Virus record (IMG/VR): IMGVR_UViG_3300045120_000051
Coordinates: 5,981-69,980 of that record
Length of the DNA: 64,000 nt
From: a virus
Reading direction: 5' to 3' (one strand)
Shown: positions 34,952-45,215 of the stretch, one piece after another
How positions within the stretch are numbered: position 1 is the first letter of the stretch
How the letters are laid out: the number at the start of each line of letters is the position of its first letter
The notes under the pieces: generated by a model
Database searches by the model: none
What the model was told of the DNA's origin: nothing
Seen by the model: the letters and a program-made list of their open reading frames with translations, nothing else
Translations under genes and position numbers: made by a program

Positions 34952-36214
34952 ATGGCTGACAGCAATTTCCGCGGCCCGGTCACCTCCATGGGTCCGATGG
35001 AGAACTCTCCCGCGCAAGTCGAGATCTTCGACGGGCCGAGTGGGCTCTATCAGGGCAATGCGCTGCTTGATCCCCGTCAGGTTCCGTTCCCGAAGGATGG
35101 CACGACGCAGGGCCGGGTGGCGGCGTTCTTCAACTCGCCGCAGATCATCCTGGTTGACGCTATTCCGTCTGCGCTTTCGACCACTTCGATTGCGGCGGCG
35201 GCGAATGTGACTTCTGGCACGGCGATGACGTTGGCGACCACGGCTCCGGGTGGTGCTGCGGGTGTGCCGTCGATTGCATCCGGTGTTCCGATCATTCCGT
35301 TCGGTAGTGGGACTGTCACCACGGCGGCCTTGGCCTTGGATTTTGGTTTCACGACCGGCACGACTGCGGCGGCCAGTTCGACGGTGGCGGTGGTTGACAA
35401 CAGCCAGTTTACGCTTGGCCAATGGGTTTGCATTGGCGGGGCGGGAAATTCCGCCAAGACGGCGGCGTTGCTCACGCAGGTTCAGTCGATCAGCACGACC
35501 AACACCACGACCATCACGGTGCTTCCGGCGCCGGCTGGTACGCTGTCCAATGCGCCCATCGGTGGGGCCAATCTGTGGTCCACGTTCTACCCGCCGAGCA
35601 CGCAATTCGGCCCGCAGTCTCCGTCTGCCACGGCTCATAGCCCGAATATCGCGGCGGGGCTGTTGCGGCTGCACAATCCGCGCGAGGCCCTGGCCCGCGT
35701 GGTGTCGATCTCCAATGCGGTGAGCGCGTCGGGCGGCACCTTCACTGTGGCTGGATGGGACATCTATCGCCAACCGATGACCGAGACTATCACCGCGTCT
35801 CTGACGACCGCGGCGACGGTGTACGGCAAGAAGGCGTTCAAATACATCGGCTCGATCACGCCAAACTTCACCGATGCTCACAACTACGCGGTGGGGGTAG
35901 GCGACACCTTCGGCTTCTCGCTTCGCATCGATGAATGGGAAAATGCTCGTTTCTACTACGGTGGCGGCCTCATGGTAATCTCTACCGGCGTCATTGCGGC
36001 GGTCACTACAAATCCGGCCACGGCGACTACGGGCGACGTTCGCGGGACCATCCAGGTTTCGTCCAGTGGAAACGCGACGGCGATTGCCTCGCCACTTGCG
36101 GCGGCCACGGATGGTGTCAAGCGATTGGCGATTATCGCTTCTGCGCCATTCCAGAATGTCACGTATGCGAACCCCAACAACTACGCGCCACTCTTTGGCG
36201 TCACTCAGGTCTGA
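34952..36214 (+). CDS. Virion structural protein (Thr/Ala-rich)
   Basis: M..S.F.GPV start; G.D.Y.QPMTETIT...GKKAFKYI; follows capsid gene. Confidence 0.7.
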   Translation: MADSNFRGPVTSMGPMENSPAQVEIFDGPSGLYQGNALLDPRQVPFPKDGTTQGRVAAFFNSPQIILVDAIPSALSTTSIAAAANVTSGTAMTLATTAPGGAAGVPSIASGVPIIPFGSGTVTTAALALDFGFTTGTTAAASSTVAVVDNSQFTLGQWVCIGGAGNSAKTAALLTQVQSISTTNTTTITVLPAPAGTLSNAPIGGANLWSTFYPPSTQFGPQSPSATAHSPNIAAGLLRLHNPREALARVVSISNAVSASGGTFTVAGWDIYRQPMTETITASLTTAATVYGKKAFKYIGSITPNFTDAHNYAVGVGDTFGFSLRIDEWENARFYYGGGLMVISTGVIAAVTTNPATATTGDVRGTIQVSSSGNATAIASPLAAATDGVKRLAIIASAPFQNVTYANPNNYAPLFGVTQV

Positions 36215-36227
36215 TAGGAGACTGACG

Positions 36228-36506
36228 ATGAAGGGCAAGACGATCAAGCGCGCGAGCGGCGGCCGGATGCCCGACGTTGTCTCCGGGAACCCGAATGTTT
36301 TGAAAGAGGCCAAGGAACGCAAGAAGGGCGGTCGCGTGGCTGCTCCTACGAAGGTCGTTGGCCTTATGACAGGTGGGGCGGTGAAGCCTCGCATGGACCG
36401 TCCCGGCCGCAAGCGTGGCGGGGCTGTAGGAGCCAACAAGACCCCACTGAGCACGGCGCACAAGGCCACGTCGGCCGGTGAGCGGATGGGCGGCGAGCCG
36501 GACTAG
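36228..36506 (+). CDS. Small basic protein with GG motifs
   Basis: RBS AGGAG; RASGGRM, RKKGGRV, RKRGGAV. Confidence 0.7.
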   Translation: MKGKTIKRASGGRMPDVVSGNPNVLKEAKERKKGGRVAAPTKVVGLMTGGAVKPRMDRPGRKRGGAVGANKTPLSTAHKATSAGERMGGEPD

Positions 36507-36586
36507 GCTTGCTAATACAAGACTGACCCCTCGAGCGAAGGGCGACTTAGGCGGTTTTGGGCCGTTCCGCCCTTAAAGGACCGCCA

Positions 36587-37216
36587 ATGGCGCTACCAAT
36601 CATATTCTCCCAGGTTCTGGGTGCGTCGAGTGCTACTGCGGTTGTCAACGCGCAGGGCACCACGGCTGCATTGACGGCATTCACCCTCGCGACGACCATC
36701 CTGGATGTCCAGCGCAGGCTCCTGCTGACGTTCACCGGGAACGAAAGCTCGAACACGTTCCGGGTGGTTGGGACCAATGCTGCCGGCAATACGATCCGAG
36801 AGACGCTGACCGGGACGAACGCCACCACGGCGCAATCAAATCTGGACTTTAAGACGATCACCAGCATCACGCCGGTCAGTGCCACCGTGGGGACGACCTC
36901 GGCGGGGACCAATGGTGTTGGGTCTAGTCTGTGGCAAATCGTCAACTGGAACGCCGACCCATCAGATATTGGGTTTGGGGTGGAGCTTCGTAGCGGGGCG
37001 GCGAACTACACCGTCCAGTACACCTACGATGACCCCAACAATCTGCTAACCGGATTGGTCTACCCGACCCCATTCAATCATTCGGTTGTCGCCGCCCAAA
37101 CGACGACACTGGATGGTGTTTTTGCCTTCCCCGTCGTTGCGATCCGTCTTTTGACCAATTCCGGCACTGGGACTCTGTGGTTCCGGATGCTTCAGGCAGG
37201 ACTAGGAAGCCCATGA
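36587..37216 (+). CDS. Virion structural protein
   Basis: F.VVGT...GN.I.ET.TG, YTVQ.TYDD, P..AIRL...SGTG. Confidence 0.7.
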   Translation: MALPIIFSQVLGASSATAVVNAQGTTAALTAFTLATTILDVQRRLLLTFTGNESSNTFRVVGTNAAGNTIRETLTGTNATTAQSNLDFKTITSITPVSATVGTTSAGTNGVGSSLWQIVNWNADPSDIGFGVELRSGAANYTVQYTYDDPNNLLTGLVYPTPFNHSVVAAQTTTLDGVFAFPVVAIRLLTNSGTGTLWFRMLQAGLGSP

Positions 37217-38340
37217 TGACCCCCAATCGCCATAGGATGGCCGTGCGTGCGGTTTTAGCGACGGTGGGCATCGTTGCCGCCATGGCGGCCATAACGCATC
37301 CCTGGAAGGCTCTGAGCCAGAGCGCGCAGCCTGTCATTCCGTTGATCAATGGAACTCCGGGTGGCACTTCTGGAAATCCCGTCAATGTCACTGGGTCGTT
37401 CTCATCGACAACGACCGGCTTTCCCACGACGCAAACGACCGGCACGCCGATCTCCGTCACCACGGGCGGCGTCACCGGCACGCTTCCATCTGGTGCGGTG
37501 GTTGTCGCCACCAACGTCGGAACCACGAACCTCGCCTATTGCAAGTTAGGCGCGTCTGCGACGACGAGCGATCAGGCAATTGCGCCTAATGGCGGCTGGT
37601 TTGCCTTTACGGTTGGTGCCTCGACGCAGTTGACATGCATCACCTCCACGAGCACGACGACTGTGAATATGGTCGGCGGTTCAGGGCTTCCGACAGGCAC
37701 AGGCGGCGGCGGCGGCGGAAGTACTTCCAATTCGACTGGCGCCATTCAAAACGTAGCGGCTGCCACGAATATCCTCGATGCCCTCGGCGTCTGCCAATAC
37801 CTCGCAACGCCACCAACAATCACGGATACGCGGTATCAACAGTGTTTGATGGACGTGAATGGCAATGTAAAGGTTAGCGTTACAAATGTTAATGCAAACG
37901 GCCAAGCTACAATGGCGAACTCGTCGCCAGTGGTTATTGCGAGTAACCAATCCACACTTAATGTCAATGTAACAAACGCTACCACTCCTGGGCAAGTTAC
38001 GCCTGCAAATTCTTTGCCGGTCGTGCAAGCTGGTCTTCTGTATCAGGTCGTGGCTGCTGGTGCGACGGCAACGGCCTTGGTCGGGGCCGGTTCTGGAGCG
38101 ACAGGGGATTATCTGTCACATTGTGTAATTCAAGCGGCCAGTACGACTCCTGGCGTTGTTACGGTGTTTGATAATACAAATACCGGGGCTAACAATGTAA
38201 TAGATTTCCCTGGCGGGGCATCTAGTGTGTCTAATCTTGTGCCAATTTCTTATCCGGTAGGTGCATTTAGTAAGAATGGCCCCTGGAAGGTGACAACTGG
38301 CTCGAACGTGTCGGTACGATGCTTTGGGAACTTTTCGTGA
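37213..38340 (+). CDS. Fibre-like protein with signal-peptide-like N-terminus
   Basis: T/G/V-rich; GQATMANSSPVVIASNQ repeat. Confidence 0.65.
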   Translation: MMTPNRHRMAVRAVLATVGIVAAMAAITHPWKALSQSAQPVIPLINGTPGGTSGNPVNVTGSFSSTTTGFPTTQTTGTPISVTTGGVTGTLPSGAVVVATNVGTTNLAYCKLGASATTSDQAIAPNGGWFAFTVGASTQLTCITSTSTTTVNMVGGSGLPTGTGGGGGGSTSNSTGAIQNVAAATNILDALGVCQYLATPPTITDTRYQQCLMDVNGNVKVSVTNVNANGQATMANSSPVVIASNQSTLNVNVTNATTPGQVTPANSLPVVQAGLLYQVVAAGATATALVGAGSGATGDYLSHCVIQAASTTPGVVTVFDNTNTGANNVIDFPGGASSVSNLVPISYPVGAFSKNGPWKVTTGSNVSVRCFGNFS

Positions 38341-38501
38341 TGCGAGTTGCGATCATCGTGGCGGTGCTTTTGACAGCCACTGCATCTCCGGCTGGCTTCT
38401 CGATGCTGCAAGTCATAGCTCCTCCTGCGGGATTTCTTTATGGTGACAGCGGCTCTGATTTTTTATTAGATGACGGAGCGGGAAAGTTGGTCGCGGAATG
38501 A
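38340..38501 (+). CDS. Small protein with signal-like N-terminus
   Basis: TGATG/ATGA coupling. Confidence 0.5.
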   Translation: MRVAIIVAVLLTATASPAGFSMLQVIAPPAGFLYGDSGSDFLLDDGAGKLVAE

Positions 38502-39310
38502 ACCCCTTACCTCGTATCATTGTAATTTGCTGGGCCTTTGTGATTGCTGGGATGCTATGCCTAGCACAGGCGCAGTCAATTGGGGGATTCCCTCCGGGAG
38601 TGTTTAATAACCGTGCAGCATTGGATGCTGTGGGAGCACCTCCATCAGGCAGCGGATTTAGTGCTCACGGCACGAGCAATGATTTAAGTACCACTTCGAT
38701 TACAAACGACACTGTAACTGGCAATACTACGAATTGGGGAACGGCACGAGGGACGCAAAGTCAAAATTCTGGTCTGCATTATTTTGAAGTCAAGATGCTT
38801 ACCGCTTCTCCCGCTGGCTTGATGCTTGTCGGTGTGATGGATAATGCAACGGCAACTGGTGCCGGGATGGTTGATTTGGCTGGGAATTTTGCAAATGGTG
38901 TGGGGATTGTTCCGGCTAATGGTTTAGCTCTTAACACTGGCACAGGGTATGGATCAGTCTCTATTTCCAGTTGGACATTGGCCGATGGCAATACGATGGG
39001 GGTTGCAATCGATCTAACAAATGGTTTTGGCTACATATCAAGCAATAATAGTGGATCTTGTGTTTATCTAAACAGCGGTGTCCCAACATCTGGCGGCACG
39101 GGAACGGGGCATGTATTTACGTTTTCCGGCTCCCTAACAGTGTTTCCAGTGGTGACAACAAACGGTATTGGAAGTGGCCAGGGGCAGTTTCAGTTGATTA
39201 CGACAAACGCAGCTTTTGCGTGTGCCATGCCAAGCGGCTATTCTGAATGGGGCTTCTTGCTTGATCCTGCAAATGACAATCTCCCGATGTGGCTCGAACA
39301 GACGGCCTAG
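38498..39310 (+). CDS. SPRY/ConA-like domain protein
   Basis: SG.HYFEV, .VGV, G.TMGVAIDL..G; signal-like N-terminus. Confidence 0.7.
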   Translation: MNPLPRIIVICWAFVIAGMLCLAQAQSIGGFPPGVFNNRAALDAVGAPPSGSGFSAHGTSNDLSTTSITNDTVTGNTTNWGTARGTQSQNSGLHYFEVKMLTASPAGLMLVGVMDNATATGAGMVDLAGNFANGVGIVPANGLALNTGTGYGSVSISSWTLADGNTMGVAIDLTNGFGYISSNNSGSCVYLNSGVPTSGGTGTGHVFTFSGSLTVFPVVTTNGIGSGQGQFQLITTNAAFACAMPSGYSEWGFLLDPANDNLPMWLEQTA

Positions 39311-39314
39311 AACA

Positions 39315-40634
39315 ATGATAGCTCGGTTAGTGCATGTCCTTTTAATCGTTGCGGCAGCATTGTCGATTGGCAATTCAAGCCAAGCGCAATTCTGGATTGG
39401 TCAACTAACTAGCGGGTCTGTGCCGGTCTACGACGGCATCGGCTCGACGCGCTCCGTTGCTCCGGGGGGTGGGTTATTAAGTACGTTTAAGCAAATGATG
39501 GCGCGTTCTGGCCACTATGCCCGCAGTGGCCTTAGCCAGATAAAAATTATCAGTTACAATTTTGTCCTGAATGCAGGAGTGGAATCTGCTCCCGGATCGA
39601 CCGCGACTGTCACGGCGAGTATCGAATATCCGCAAGGCACATGCACTAGAATTACATGGAACAGCGGCTCTACCAGTGTCACGGTGCCAGATGGAGGTCT
39701 GTCAACCTCTGATTATATCACCTTGGCTATTCCCGATGGCAGTCTCTATTGGATACGCCAGTATTTCACGAGCACTGCGGGCGTGGTTGCGACAGTAAGC
39801 TACTACAACGATCCAACACATCTGGGTGATGCGCTCAATGCTGGTGCCTCTGGCATATCCGATCAGACGATGAGTTGCGATGCGGTAACAAACGTATTCG
39901 ACAATTTGATGTACGCGCCGATTGCAATCATCTCTCCGATACAGGTACCTTCTGTCTGCCTATTGGGCGATAGCATTGAATACGGGGTGAATGGCGATAC
40001 CAACATTACGAGTGGCGACCACGGCATTCTTGCTCCGTCCATAGGGCCATCGTTTGGCTATTCGAGCATGGGGCAGTCTGGAGAGACCGCCGGTAATTTC
40101 GTCGCAAGTCACACCAATCGAGCCGCGATTCTACCATATTGCTCTCACGTCATTGTCGAGTATGGCGTCAACGACTTAGCGGCAGGGCAGACCGCAGCGC
40201 AGCTAGAAGCTAACCTGACTACGATTTATGGGCTGGCTGCGGGCAAGACAATTTTCCAAACAACGATAACGCCAGAAAGCACGTCTAGCGACAGTTGGGC
40301 GACGGTGATGAACCAAACGGCGGCAGCGTGGGATGCCGCGCGGGTGACTTTTAATACCGCGCTCCGTAATAGCACATTTGGCCCTAACGGCGGCATGTTC
40401 GACACTGAGGCTGTTATCGAAAGTTCGTTGAACAGCGGCAAGTGGAAAGCCGGTGGCGCGTGTACACCTTGGACGGGCGATGGCGTACATCCCCTCCAAT
40501 GTGCTTTTAATGAAGTGCAGTCGTCGGGTGCAATCGATACAAGTAGGATACATCTTCCCTACTTGCTTCGACGCGACGTGCTGCCAAATGCAGCAAATGA
40601 CAACAGGCCAATGTGGGTGGAGCTAGCTGCATAA
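39315..40634 (+). CDS. SGNH/GDSL hydrolase (esterase)
   Basis: LGDSI, G.SGET, YGVND, DGVHP. Confidence 0.85.
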   Translation: MIARLVHVLLIVAAALSIGNSSQAQFWIGQLTSGSVPVYDGIGSTRSVAPGGGLLSTFKQMMARSGHYARSGLSQIKIISYNFVLNAGVESAPGSTATVTASIEYPQGTCTRITWNSGSTSVTVPDGGLSTSDYITLAIPDGSLYWIRQYFTSTAGVVATVSYYNDPTHLGDALNAGASGISDQTMSCDAVTNVFDNLMYAPIAIISPIQVPSVCLLGDSIEYGVNGDTNITSGDHGILAPSIGPSFGYSSMGQSGETAGNFVASHTNRAAILPYCSHVIVEYGVNDLAAGQTAAQLEANLTTIYGLAAGKTIFQTTITPESTSSDSWATVMNQTAAAWDAARVTFNTALRNSTFGPNGGMFDTEAVIESSLNSGKWKAGGACTPWTGDGVHPLQCAFNEVQSSGAIDTSRIHLPYLLRRDVLPNAANDNRPMWVELAA

Positions 40635-42607
40635 TGGACGCAAATAGACGTTTAGCTCTTCTTGGAGTTAGTGCGGCAGCATTGCTCGCGTCTTCGCAAG
40701 CTCGCGCCGACACGGCCTTCACCTCTTTTGCCTTTCTGGCGACAGGAGGGACGCGCACCAGAACTGATCCTGATCGATGGGGTGACGTTACTAACGTCAT
40801 GGATTTTACAGGCATCGATCCCACTGGGGTGGGCGACAGCACGGCTGCTATTCAAGCCGCGATAGATTATGCCGCCACTCAATCGGTTGTGCCACATGGA
40901 GGCGCCGTCTTTTTCCCTCCTGGGACCTACAAGGTATCTGCCCCGTTGATCAACGACAATGCCGCAACGCAGGTGCGGCTACTTGGGGCAAATCGGGCAT
41001 CGTCGTACATTTTCGGAACAGTTGATGGATATATTATTGATCAGAGTTCAAACAACGCTGGCATTATTTATGCAGTTGAGCACTTGCATATCTACAATGC
41101 TCAATTGTCTGGTGGTATCGATTTTTCGGTTGGGGCTATCCGATTTAACGGCCTGAGTAATGGGTTAATTGCCAATTGTCTAATATCGGGATGGAACGGG
41201 ATCGCATCGTATGCCAGCGGCTTCCACATCACGATAATGAACTGCGATTTTTCTGGTCCTAATGGTGGTCAAATTGGCAGCGTAGGTTGCTTTTCGTCAC
41301 AGGGGACTGTGATTTCGTGTAGCGCGACGGGGTGCTACATTGGATTTGTTTTGACAAATGGGGTTACGATCACTGGGAGTAGAAACGAAACCTGTTCTAT
41401 TGGCGTTCTTGCTGGCATGGGTGTCCCATATGGTTCGTTGACTCCATTTGCCGATAATAGCGAAGGGGTTGTCACGCCGGTCCCCATTAGTGCTATCTCA
41501 TGGTCCAGCGGCTCCGGCGGCGTGGCAACAGTGACTAGCAGCGTCTCGTTGACGACCATAGGATGGACGAGCGGCACCAAAACGATTCAAGTCATGGACG
41601 CGGGCGCTCCGTTGTTTGCCACTGGCATCAACACCGATCTTTATTGGTTGCCGTTCCAATTTGCCACTTATGTTGATGACACTCATTTCACCTATCCGCT
41701 ACCACACGATCCAGGGGCTTATTCTGGCAGCGGGGCATCGTTCCTTTTCTTCACGCAATTGGCTTGCCGGTTTGCAAGTGTGAGTGGGTATCAGACAGAG
41801 CGTTCAACGATTTCGTTCTTAGGGTTAAATATCAGCATTTCGTCAATCGAAAATTTTATTTGTACCGCGACCGTAGGACCAAATTTTCCGGGGGCGTCAG
41901 TTACCGGGAATGGGACGACGGCAACTGTAACAATGCCTGCTGAATATAATCTAGATCGCCTGGGGTGGATTACAAATTCCACCACACGGCCTCTGACTAT
42001 TCAGGGTGGCATATTCTCATTGAACGATGTGAAAGTGACCGGAACTCGCACCAGCAACACGACTTTCACGTACCTCTCGGCTGTTGTGGGTACGGAGGCG
42101 TCGGTTGATGTTAGTTTTAATCCCCACAATGGATTTCGTCTTCAAGGTCCAAGCGTTTTGACAGTTCAGAGTTGTTTCAACAACATTGCTGACGCAAATT
42201 TCGATGGTACGTCAGGTGCCGGTGGTATTGATATGTACTGTGCTGGTAGCGACTTTAACCCGTATGTCACCTTTATTGATTGCCAGATGACTGGGACCTT
42301 GGGGGGTACGCTTGGATGGATTATGCCAAAAGCAACCTCCAAGGCAAATGTTCAATATATCAATTGCGATAATCCAACCGGGTCAACCAATGATGCGGCT
42401 GGTAGCCAATCGGGAATGAATTTTGCCGATCTTCCTGGGCAGTCTGGTGTGATAATGACAACTCCTATCGAGGGGATGACTTACGATATTGTTAACTGTA
42501 ATGCCGCAACATTTCTAGCGACGGCCGCTGGTGCTGGTACTGGCGCAACGGCACACAGGCGCGTGCGGTACAATGCGGCAACGCCAGCGTGGCAGGTCAT
42601 TGGATGA
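40634..42607 (+). CDS. Pectate-lyase-like beta-helix tailspike/depolymerase
   Basis: NV.DF.G.DPTGV.DSTAAIQAAID...GG.VFFPPGTY.VS. Confidence 0.8.
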   Translation: MDANRRLALLGVSAAALLASSQARADTAFTSFAFLATGGTRTRTDPDRWGDVTNVMDFTGIDPTGVGDSTAAIQAAIDYAATQSVVPHGGAVFFPPGTYKVSAPLINDNAATQVRLLGANRASSYIFGTVDGYIIDQSSNNAGIIYAVEHLHIYNAQLSGGIDFSVGAIRFNGLSNGLIANCLISGWNGIASYASGFHITIMNCDFSGPNGGQIGSVGCFSSQGTVISCSATGCYIGFVLTNGVTITGSRNETCSIGVLAGMGVPYGSLTPFADNSEGVVTPVPISAISWSSGSGGVATVTSSVSLTTIGWTSGTKTIQVMDAGAPLFATGINTDLYWLPFQFATYVDDTHFTYPLPHDPGAYSGSGASFLFFTQLACRFASVSGYQTERSTISFLGLNISISSIENFICTATVGPNFPGASVTGNGTTATVTMPAEYNLDRLGWITNSTTRPLTIQGGIFSLNDVKVTGTRTSNTTFTYLSAVVGTEASVDVSFNPHNGFRLQGPSVLTVQSCFNNIADANFDGTSGAGGIDMYCAGSDFNPYVTFIDCQMTGTLGGTLGWIMPKATSKANVQYINCDNPTGSTNDAAGSQSGMNFADLPGQSGVIMTTPIEGMTYDIVNCNAATFLATAAGAGTGATAHRRVRYNAATPAWQVIG

Positions 42608-42757
42608 TCACAGGATGGACATTTCTCGCTCAAGTTCCTCGCGCTCTTGCGGCGTCATCAACGCTAGCCTCCGCTTTGCTTCCACGTTGAGCCATCGGAT
42701 CCCGACCACGAGGCCGTACACGATCATGGCAACAATGCTCAAAGCCAATAATTCCAT
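42608..42757 (-). CDS. 49-aa single-TM moron protein
   Basis: MELLALSIVAMIVYGLVVGIRW...; RBS GGAGG; only convincing minus-strand gene in the late region. Confidence 0.6.
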   Translation of the reverse strand: MELLALSIVAMIVYGLVVGIRWLNVEAKRRLALMTPQEREELEREMSIL

Positions 42758-42943
42758 GGTGGCGTCCTCCAGATACGGTGGGTGGCAATATGGTGCTGTA
42801 ATATATCTGAGACAAGGGTGAGTCTGGAATCCAAACGGGGCTGCGCAGGTTATAACGACCGGCGACCAGTGGGTCTCGAACTGGTCAGGCTGGCCAGCAC
42901 CATGAGTGGTAAACAGTCCGTAGTGTGATAGGATGATGACGGC

Positions 42944-43636
42944 ATGACGAGCAGTGGCACATATGCATTCAACCTCAGTTATTCGCAGGTGACGCTTGCG
43001 GCGTTTGAGCGCATTCAAATCCGCGCGCCGTCTATCCGCCAAGAGCATATGACCAGCGCCCGCACGGAACTGAATTTGGCGTTGGTGACATTCAGCAATT
43101 TGCAACCCAACCTGTGGTCGGTGGAATCGGGGTCGATAGCCATGGTGGCAGGGACGGCCACGTATTCGGTTCCCGCCCGCACGGTCATGATCCTTGACGC
43201 CTGGATCACGACGACTAGCGGTTCAGTGTCCAATGACCGCTATGTCACGCCGATCAGCCGCACCGAATATGCCAGCCTGTCCAACAAGCAGACGCAGGGC
43301 CCCCCTACGCAATACTGGTTCGACCGCCTTTTGTCGCCCACAGTGACCATGTGGCCGGTTGCCGATAGCAGCGGGCCCTACACGTTCAACTACTTCTTTT
43401 GCACCCAAATCCAGGATGCCAATCTGCCGGGGGGCGAGACGCCCAATATCCCGTACCTATGGCTGGACGCCTTGGTGGCGAGCCTCGCACACCGATTCGC
43501 CCGGATTTACAAACCAGAACTAGAAGCAATTCGGGAAAAGGACTACAACCGCGCTTGGGAGATCGCCGCCACCCAGAACGTCGAAAATGTGGCTACCAGC
43601 TTCGCGCCGGCCATCGGCGGCTACTACCGGAGATGA
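42944..43636 (+). CDS. Head-tail adaptor protein
   Basis: MT.SGT..FN, N...NLW, ISR.EY....NK..QG.PTQ.W.DR, LA...A. Confidence 0.75.
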   Translation: MTSSGTYAFNLSYSQVTLAAFERIQIRAPSIRQEHMTSARTELNLALVTFSNLQPNLWSVESGSIAMVAGTATYSVPARTVMILDAWITTTSGSVSNDRYVTPISRTEYASLSNKQTQGPPTQYWFDRLLSPTVTMWPVADSSGPYTFNYFFCTQIQDANLPGGETPNIPYLWLDALVASLAHRFARIYKPELEAIREKDYNRAWEIAATQNVENVATSFAPAIGGYYRR

Positions 43637-43639
43637 CTT

Positions 43640-44026
43640 GTGGGCTTCCGTCCGCATCCAAGAAGGGCCGAGACAAGCACGGACAGTCCCAGAGGGTGGG
43701 CTACGTGCCAGCGATGCGGCTTTATTACGAATATGGTGAAGCTGATCAATCAGACCGATTGGCGCGGGACGCAACTCCAGAGCCTCTACACCTTCGTCTG
43801 TGAGTCCTGCCTCGACAAGCCCCAGCGACAGCTTGGCACTGTCATCCTGCCGCCGGATCCTGTTGGGCTGCTCAATGCCCGTCCAGAGCCATATCCATCT
43901 GATGAATACTGGATGTGGCTGTGGGAGAACACGGGCTATCCAGTCTATCAAGAGGGCAGCCAAAGCGCGATCACGCTGGAATATTCCATTTACAGCAATG
44001 ATGGGGACTGGCCATGGCCGCCGTGA
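43640..44026 (+). CDS. Zn-finger tail-module protein
   Basis: A.CQRCGF...VC..CLD.PQ.Q...DP....ARP. Confidence 0.7.
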   Translation: MGFRPHPRRAETSTDSPRGWATCQRCGFITNMVKLINQTDWRGTQLQSLYTFVCESCLDKPQRQLGTVILPPDPVGLLNARPEPYPSDEYWMWLWENTGYPVYQEGSQSAITLEYSIYSNDGDWPWPP

Positions 44027-44487
44027 TTACGCCCGGTCCCCTCAGTCAAATGGTGCTCTACACCGGGCCGTTCATTGGCACGGAACGAATGCCTATTATT
44101 ATCCCGGATACTACGGTATCCACCGGGTTCACCAACAGAGCAATCACGCTAGCCGAGTTATCGACGCTCGTCCCATTCGGGGCATTTCCTCCCACCATCC
44201 TCACGTCGGGGGCCACGACTGGCAGTCCGTATGCAGCTACTGCAACAGATTTCCTGATCCTCGTGAACAAGACTGTATCAGCCAATACTGGAATTCTGTT
44301 CCCGACCTCTGTGGGGCGTGTGCTCCCCATTCTTGTGAAAGACCTCAAGGGTGATGCCGCTACGTACAACATCCATGTGACATTTACCGGAGGTCAATCG
44401 GCCGATGCGCAGACTGACTACACCCTCATCGGCAACTACGTCTGGCAGTGGTTCTATCCCTATTCAGGGGGATGGTACGCAGCATGA
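44014..44487 (+). CDS. Hypothetical virion protein
   Basis: VKD.KG.A.T.NI.V fibre-like motif. Confidence 0.6.
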   Translation: MAAVITPGPLSQMVLYTGPFIGTERMPIIIPDTTVSTGFTNRAITLAELSTLVPFGAFPPTILTSGATTGSPYAATATDFLILVNKTVSANTGILFPTSVGRVLPILVKDLKGDAATYNIHVTFTGGQSADAQTDYTLIGNYVWQWFYPYSGGWYAA

Positions 44488-45212
44488 ACTACTCACAGTT
44501 TGTTATCTCGATTGCCAACCTTCTGGTGGTGCCGACCAACGAGCCGCGGTTTGTGATTGCGTTGCCGGATATCATCACGGACGCTGAACAGCGCCTTTAC
44601 CGCGAACTGGACTTCCTCTCGACTACCGTGCGCGATAGTTCTCTCGCCCTGACATCCAGCAATCGTAATTTCACGTTGCCTGTCGGGACATCGACCACGG
44701 GTCCTACGGGGCCGTTCGTGGTGGTGGATGGCATCAACGTGATCAGCCCTGCCGGGACATCCAATCCAGACAGTGGCACGCGGAACCAACTGACGCCGGT
44801 TTCCAAGGAATTTCTGGATGCCTCGTGGAACAGCGTCACCGGGGCAACCGTCCCAGCCTACTTTGCGATGATCGATCAGGCGTCGATTATCGTAGGCCCT
44901 TGGCCAGATGGTGCGTATCAGATGGAGGTCATCGGAGAGCAACGCCCTGCGCCATTGTCGGCGACGAATACGACCACGTTCCTGTCGCTGTATCTGCCGG
45001 ACCTGTTTCTGTCGGCCGCAATGGTGTTTGGTTGCGCTTACCAAAAGAATTGGGGGAGCATGGCCGATGACCCGAAGATGGCCCAATCGTGGGAGATGCA
45101 CACCCAAACACTGCTAAAGTCGGCGCAAGTCGAGGAAGCACGAAAGAAATTCAACGCGGAAGGCTGGTCGTCAAAGGAGCCTGCACCTCTAGCCACTCCG
45201 CCAAGGACATAA
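44484..45212 (+). CDS. Second head-tail adaptor-like protein
   Basis: MNY......I, I..AEQRLYREL, P.YFA, P.PD.AY..E, L....PDL.L.A. Confidence 0.75.
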   Translation: MNYSQFVISIANLLVVPTNEPRFVIALPDIITDAEQRLYRELDFLSTTVRDSSLALTSSNRNFTLPVGTSTTGPTGPFVVVDGINVISPAGTSNPDSGTRNQLTPVSKEFLDASWNSVTGATVPAYFAMIDQASIIVGPWPDGAYQMEVIGEQRPAPLSATNTTTFLSLYLPDLFLSAAMVFGCAYQKNWGSMADDPKMAQSWEMHTQTLLKSAQVEEARKKFNAEGWSSKEPAPLATPPRT

Positions 45213-45215
45213 CCG

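Noticed and set aside
34769-36469. 566-aa minus-strand ORF
   Set aside because: Antisense shadow of GC-rich + strand structural genes; Arg-rich with no motif.
42800-42910. Hammerhead or other self-cleaving ribozyme
   Set aside because: Could not place a complete CUGAnGA/GAAA core with three stems.
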